DNA of 64,000 nt from Schmidtea polychroa (taxonomy: Eukaryota), in the NCBI GenBank assembly GCA_044892525.1, contig CM097885.1:237152001-237216000 (forward strand), given 5' to 3'. Position 1 is the stretch's first letter. Every line of letters begins with the position of its first letter. Of this stretch, positions 58,332 to 64,000 are shown piece by piece. The notes under the pieces are model-generated. The model saw nothing but the letters and a program-made list of their open reading frames with translations. It searched no databases and was not told the DNA's origin. Made by a program: the position numbers and the translations under genes.

Positions 58332-61300
58332 TAGGGTGGGTCGAATGTTAATAAATTTTGAGTTCAAGAAAGGAAACATGGTTAAAAAGTTGTATTTTGG
58401 TATAGAAAAATCGAATCAAACCATTTTACTTAGATTTATGGACATTTACTGCTCCCAACTTTTCTCCGAAAATGCCGTTCAACATAAGTGTGAAAACAAT
58501 GTAATTTGGCTAGTGTCGGAATGTGTTTTGCGCCTTTGTCCATATTTAGATGTAGCTTTCTTAAGAGCTTATAAGTATATTATTTACTCTCTTGGGCTGA
58601 GATAGTATATTCTGTGTCCTCATCCCGCATTGAAATATATCCTGACAACGTCAGTGATTAGGAAGGGCCAAATTTGAATTATCCTTTTCAAAGACAAAAA
58701 TCAACTTTCGAAATTATTTTTTATTAAAAACATCCAGCCAAAAGTTTAGAAATGTATTATCGAGGGCATAAAAAGAAGTCACATGAAATCAGCTTTGCTT
58801 TGCACCTTGGGCAATTCCTTCCTTGATTTTTTATACAGTAGTACCATACCATGTCTGGACTTGTGACCAAACACTTTGCAACTGGCAGAAGAAACATCTT
58901 TGATGGCTCTTTCAACGGCTTGAGAATGACAGGGAAATTGTTCTAATGTAATTTTCTTATTCATCTTCAATTCATGATCCAATATATGAGATAAAAGAGG
59001 GGGAGGCGTCAAATTACATTTTGTCCAGTCAATCATGTCAACATATGATGTAGCAGACGACTGAAGAAAGACAGTATTCTTGTCCATAGTGCGAATCACT
59101 TCGGAAGGGAGAAAATTTTGTCTTGCAGTTATGATTTTTTCTGTTGCAAACTTTCTGATTTCTTCATCATCATCACCAACAACCGCTAGGAGTATATTTT
59201 CTGGATGTGAGAAGTAATTGTTGTTCTGAATGAGAGGAAAGATGATTTCTTGGTCTGATGGATCCAAATCCTGCAGAAGTTGGAGCATATAAAAAATATT
59301 TCTTGCACCATCTTGGCATGACGAGTGAGTCTTTATATAAAACCATGACGGTCCATAGAAATTGACAATAAATTTCACTATTCGCATGAGAGGTTCAGAT
59401 GGAGCAGTTTCGGACATATATAGTCGCAGAATTCTATTAGCTTTCGTTAGCCAGCGACTGTGATTCAAATTTCCTGGTTGTGCCATTTGTAGAAAAGGGA
59501 CATCCTTGTTGTTGTGGTACCCTTTCTGGACTGCCAAGCATACTCTGAGGAAATACAATTGATCAGTGTTCAATTCTTTCTTGACATTTTCACTAATATC
59601 TACGACCTTTCCAGGAAAGGACATAAAGGCTACTACGGGCTTGTCTTTTGGATCAAAATCAAGAACGCTTCCTATTTCACCACATGACGTTTTTGGACCT
59701 TTTGTTTCTCCACCATCGACGACTGAAAAATACTTCCTAAATGGCAATTCATTTGCATGCAACAAGCATATCAGCCATTGTAGAGGTCGCCCTAGGCTTT
59801 TTTCGAGTCTTCTGATTATTCCATTATTTTTTCCGGTGTTTGTATTGGTTCCATCGCACACAATTGCTTGAAGGGTCAGTGAGGACTGCGTGCTAACGAT
59901 AATTGACATGATTTCTTTGCCAATATCCACAGCTTTACTACTTTGAGGTACAACATGATCGATATATGTATCCCCTGGAAAGGCGACAATCACATAATGC
60001 TCCTCTTTTAGGATCCTTCTATGAAGTAAGGTGGAATCTTGTTTCCCGTCGAAACCGAGGCAAATCAAGTTTTTCGCTTCTGCTGAATGCTGTTCAATTT
60101 CTCTCTCCCTCCAGTACTTTCTCTGACGCCGTAATTTAGCGGGATCGATGATTGTTTGAGAGGATAACAGTTCCATATCTTTCAGAAAAGCGTTTACTAG
60201 CAAACACGTGTCTCTGTTGCTCACACCACATCTGTCAACAGCTTTACTTAATTCAGGATAATGTCTTCTATTTTGAAATTCATCACATTCTTCTACGCTT
60301 GACTCTGAGCTTTCTGTTGAATTGTCTAACTTATCTTTACTTTCATCACTAGCGGCTTCACTCTCCGTGTCACTTCTTGAGGTCGGATGTAGATCGTTAA
60401 CTTCAGTGTCCATTATTTCATTTTTCATTTGTTTTCCTTTTCCTGTAGGGCTGCTTTTCGTTTGTTTTCTCTTCAATTTTGAGGTTTCCTGTCTGTCCGT
60501 ATTTCCGATTTTCATGTTTCTGGTAGTTTGTTGGTCAATCCAGAACTCCCACTCTAAGGTAGGAATTTTCAAGGCCAATCGGCATGTACACTGACTTCTT
60601 CCACGAGCACCATCATTAAAACATTTGCAGCAACATATGTCAAACAATTTGGAAAACGAGCTTAACTTATCTTGAAATTTGGCAGATGACCTCTTGCATT
60701 CTGGATACTTCTCTAATTCACGCACTTTTGATATTAGTCGCTTGACACGAATCACAATACTACTGAACTCAACAGTTGGGATACTTGCCTTCATATAAAT
60801 TTCCTTCACCTTATTTGCGAGAAGAGTTGCTTGTTCGTTAAAGCCAGTATGAAATTGCGTACATTTCTCATTGTAACAGTAATCACGAAACACATCTTCA
60901 CAAGTAGGTAATTGGTTTCTGGGTAGTTCACAAGTTTGACCAAACAGACAATGACGTGATTTACTTCTTGTTTTGCGAAATTGCTTATTTCTCTGTCCCT
61001 TCATAACTGCTCTTCTGTACTCAGCTCTGGCAAAATAAAAGTGAATCATCAAGTTAACTTTTTTAATTAGGTCCAGCAAACACTTGACATCCAATCGAAA
61101 CAAATTAAATTATCTGAGTTTAGACTGACTAGTAGTATCCATGTGGATTATGTGTTGACTGTAGTGTGTGTGTTAGTATTGTTCAGAAGAAATTGTCTTT
61201 GTGAGTGCTTGTGTGAAGGTGCTTCCGTGAATTAACCTCTTTATACATGCACGCGTTAGCTTGGACTTGTGAACAGAGCATGTCAAAAATGGTCTTTCTG

Positions 61301-61502
61301 CAAGCGTGTGACTGCTTGCAGGATGAATTTACAATGGCACGTGTGCGAGCATTTTTACTGGGATAGTACTAATACATACAAACAAAAGTTGGGACCTGTA
61401 AACCCTTTTAAACAGCAGTCTTTTGCAGGGATATTTCATTTTCTAGCATAAGCACAACTTTTTAGGCATGTTTGGAGAAAAAAAAATTTTCGACCCACCC
61501 TA
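58332..61502 (-). mobile_element. Full-length hAT (hATm-type) transposon
   Basis: TIRs TAGGGTGGGTCGAA...TTCGACCCACCCTA; perfect 8-bp TSD ATGCATAT (58324-58331, 61503-61510). Confidence 0.92.
58779..61103 (-). CDS. hATm transposase, uninterrupted ORF (true start uncertain)
   Basis: LGFDG, AIVCDGTNTNTG, CLLHANEL (CxxH), SRWLT, FPCHSQAVER. Confidence 0.88.
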   Translation of the reverse strand: MFRLDVKCLLDLIKKVNLMIHFYFARAEYRRAVMKGQRNKQFRKTRSKSRHCLFGQTCELPRNQLPTCEDVFRDYCYNEKCTQFHTGFNEQATLLANKVKEIYMKASIPTVEFSSIVIRVKRLISKVRELEKYPECKRSSAKFQDKLSSFSKLFDICCCKCFNDGARGRSQCTCRLALKIPTLEWEFWIDQQTTRNMKIGNTDRQETSKLKRKQTKSSPTGKGKQMKNEIMDTEVNDLHPTSRSDTESEAASDESKDKLDNSTESSESSVEECDEFQNRRHYPELSKAVDRCGVSNRDTCLLVNAFLKDMELLSSQTIIDPAKLRRQRKYWREREIEQHSAEAKNLICLGFDGKQDSTLLHRRILKEEHYVIVAFPGDTYIDHVVPQSSKAVDIGKEIMSIIVSTQSSLTLQAIVCDGTNTNTGKNNGIIRRLEKSLGRPLQWLICLLHANELPFRKYFSVVDGGETKGPKTSCGEIGSVLDFDPKDKPVVAFMSFPGKVVDISENVKKELNTDQLYFLRVCLAVQKGYHNNKDVPFLQMAQPGNLNHSRWLTKANRILRLYMSETAPSEPLMRIVKFIVNFYGPSWFYIKTHSSCQDGARNIFYMLQLLQDLDPSDQEIIFPLIQNNNYFSHPENILLAVVGDDDEEIRKFATEKIITARQNFLPSEVIRTMDKNTVFLQSSATSYVDMIDWTKCNLTPPPLLSHILDHELKMNKKITLEQFPCHSQAVERAIKDVSSASCKVFGHKSRHGMVLLYKKSRKELPKVQSKADFM

Positions 61503-62021
61503 ATGCATATACTTTTAAAGATAATTTATATATTACAGACCTCGAACAATTACAATCTTATTTAGGTGATAATTGTAGCGATATTTTAACAGTTTTTGAG
61601 CTTCAAAAAGATAAAGTATTTAGATTTAGTATAAATTCTAATCTTAGTCAAGTTAAATTTGACTCAAATTTGGCAAAAACATTAGGATTGACTAAACCAG
61701 TATGTACACAAAATGAACAAATTTGTGAAGGAACAAACAAACCGAAAATCCTTAAACATCATCAGCAAATGTTCATTTACAGTAATATCGTGGAACCAGT
61801 TATTGTTGGCGATTCTAGTGTTCCTTTAATGAAATCTATATGGATTGAAAAACATGATCAAGATGAAGTTGTACAAATCAATGTAGAAAATCCCATGTAT
61901 TTACCTGTTTCAACATCTTGTATAAACAATATAGAAATAAATATAAGAGATGATTCTGGTCAATAAATCGAATTTCCAAAAGGTTCAAAAACTCATTTGA
62001 CATTACATTTTCGTAAAATAA

Positions 62022-62390
62022 ATGGCTAATTCTGATATTATTAGTATGTATAGCGGTAGCCAATTTGGTGGTGAATTACCATATTTTATTGGTAAACAGT
62101 ACGGATCAGGATGGTTGAGAACAATTGGTAGATTTGCCCTGCCTATTCTTAAACGTATTGGTAGTTTTGGTATGAAAACTGCAAAAGATGTTATTATGAA
62201 TGAACAGAAAATACTACCATCTCTAAAAACAAATGCTTTAGCAGAATTAGGGAAGGTTTTACCCGGGGTTGCAGGTATGTTTCAAAAAGAAAAACCTCCA
62301 GCTCCAGCTCATGCCCCAAAACGTAAAAGACATGGAATATCACGTATAAACAAACGAATGAAAGGACATGGAACTATATTTGCAAAATGA
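62022..62390 (+). CDS. Small basic Polinton core protein with QxG(G/S) protease-site-like motifs
   Basis: QFGG, QYGSG, then an amphipathic LRTIGRFALPILK helix and basic tail; overlaps the MCP start (ATGA). Confidence 0.7.
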   Translation: MANSDIISMYSGSQFGGELPYFIGKQYGSGWLRTIGRFALPILKRIGSFGMKTAKDVIMNEQKILPSLKTNALAELGKVLPGVAGMFQKEKPPAPAHAPKRKRHGISRINKRMKGHGTIFAK

Positions 62391-63606
62391 TTTGTGGTAA
62401 ATTTGAATTATGTATATTTGATAGACCGTCGCCCCAGGCTGTAATAGAATTTGGGGCATTTGAGGAAGTTTTTCCTATGAATTCAATTACCTATAGTAGA
62501 AATGACATCGAGTTTTATATTAATGGTTCGCAAACCGAATATTTAGATTTGAACGATACTTTATTGACTGTTCAGATTAAGGTTGTAGATAAAGATAGAA
62601 AGGTTTTGGATGCCAATGCAGATGTAATACCGAACAATTTCCTGTTTCATACTCTTTTTAAAGATGCAGTGTTGGGATTTAATAATATCAAGATTGAGGG
62701 TGGAAATAATACATTCATTCACAAGGCATTAATAGAAACTATTTTAAATTACAATTCCGATACTAAAAATACATGTCTTACTCCTATGGGTTATGGCAGT
62801 GATGATGAAAGAAAAAAGTGGGTAAAAGGCTCAAAGGTTTTCACTATGTGCTCATCATTACAACTTGATTTTATGGATCAACCGAAATATTTACTACCGG
62901 GAGTTAATGTACATATTAGACTGAAAAGATCTGATTCTGCATTATCTCTTACTAGTGCAACTACTACACCAATATGTCAATTAGTAGATGCAAAATTATT
63001 GGTGAGAAGAGTTCGAGTAGACCCTTCAGTATTAGCAGGTCATCAATTGGGTCTTAATTCAAAACATGCAATTTATCCATAAAAACAAAGGAAATTGTAC
63101 AATTTGCTATTGCTAAAGGTGCTTCATCATTCTATAAAGAACAAATATTTGGTGACAGAAGAATGCCTAATTTTATTCTGATAACATTTCAAAGTGAAGC
63201 ACAATATAATGGATCATATACTGCGTCCAGCTCAATTTTCAAAAACTTTGGTGTTACATCATTGACTTTGTCGAAAAATACTGATTATAGAGAAACATAT
63301 ATTCAAGATTTCGAGAATGACAATTTCTGTGCGACATATATGCAGAGTATTGTTAGAAATCTGGGTTATTTAGATAAAAATTTGAATTGCGGAATAACTC
63401 TAGAAGATTTTAAAAGCAAATACCCATTTTTTACATTTGTTTTAGCCCCTGATTTTGATTTAAATCAAAGTCAATTACCTCAAAATGGAAATTTACGACT
63501 GGATTTAAAGTTTGCAAAAGCTATTACTGAACCAGTACATGTTATAATATATCGAGTATTTGAAAATGAAGTTCAAATTACTGCAAATAGAACTGTGTTG
63601 GTATAA
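62387..63606 (+). pseudogene. Polinton double-jelly-roll major capsid protein (frameshift near 63080)
   Basis: IEFYI..EYLDLNDTLL.V, HTLF, QPKYLLPGVNVHIRLKR, LLVRRVRV, MPNFILI, GNLRLDLKFAK, YRVFENEVQIT. Confidence 0.88.
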
Positions 63607-64000
63607 ATGTATATTGAAACATTAAAAGTTGTCATGGAGTAAGTTGTTTTTATACTCTGGATTTATTTAAGTAGTTCTGTTCAGGTCAATAAAATCGGAA
63701 AACAGATATTGGGAAATGAATTTGTTGGAGTTTTTCCTCTTGATAAAATTCCATATTTGAGCAATAATCAAGCAATAATCGTCAATACTCATTCGTCACA
63801 TCTTGGTGGAGAACATTGGATAGCTATATATATGAAACCTGGCAATATATTCGTGTTCGATCCTATGGGTTTTTATTACCCGGCTTTGTTGATATCAAAA
63901 CTACAAACAATGGGGAAACCTATTGTGTATAATAAAACTATGTTTCAAAATCCTTTGACCCAAACATGTGGTCAACATTGTTTAGCTTGGTTATTGTACA
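63607..64000 (+). pseudogene. Polinton adenain-type maturation protease (premature TAA 63640-42; runs off window)
   Basis: FVGVFPLDKIP, IIVNT..GEHWIAI, FDPMG, QNPLTQTCGQHC give the H-D-Q-C catalytic set. Confidence 0.85.

Larger units (their letters stand above)
57834..62029 (+). pseudogene. Polinton minor capsid protein (penton), split by hATm insertion
   Basis: FYTILPSNS..F.IEL..PI.LD.DWEVAL N-terminus (57834-58331); resumes in frame after the TSD (61511) to FIYSNIVEPVIVGDSSVPL..PMYLPV..IEINIRDDSGQ*IEFP..LTLHFRK (premature TAA 61964-66). Confidence 0.85.

Overview
Very AT-rich eukaryotic (metazoan) genomic DNA with many 40-50 bp spliceosomal introns and long (ATT)n/(TA)n microsatellites; this pattern resembles planarian/flatworm genomes, but the species cannot be proven from the sequence. 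The window has two intron-rich host genes on the + strand: a coiled-coil gene resembling PCM1 (4809-~17526) and a complete cullin-2 (21381-43629). Their introns are filled with TE relics (hAT MITEs with 8-bp TSDs, Tigger, mariner, Gypsy, a MULE with a nested DD34E Tc1-type element) and five copies of a short repeat carrying a minimal hammerhead-ribozyme motif. From ~45.2 kb there are two Polinton/Maverick (adintovirus-like) elements. One is an old, decayed relic (pPolB, fibre-like, protease, penton). A younger one starts at ~49726 and runs off the window end (packaging ATPase, core proteins, integrase, penton interrupted by an intact hATm transposon, major capsid, protease). The most striking region is the accessory arm of the younger Polinton (50.9-55.4 kb). 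It carries a miniature TATA-binding-protein homologue, a spliced Bcl-2-family gene, a predicted GPI-anchored coiled-coil protein, an SSB-like ORF and other spliced ORFs, a shared CCAAT+TATA promoter motif and an ~815-bp palindrome. Protein family calls rest on motif recognition by eye; no database searches were run.
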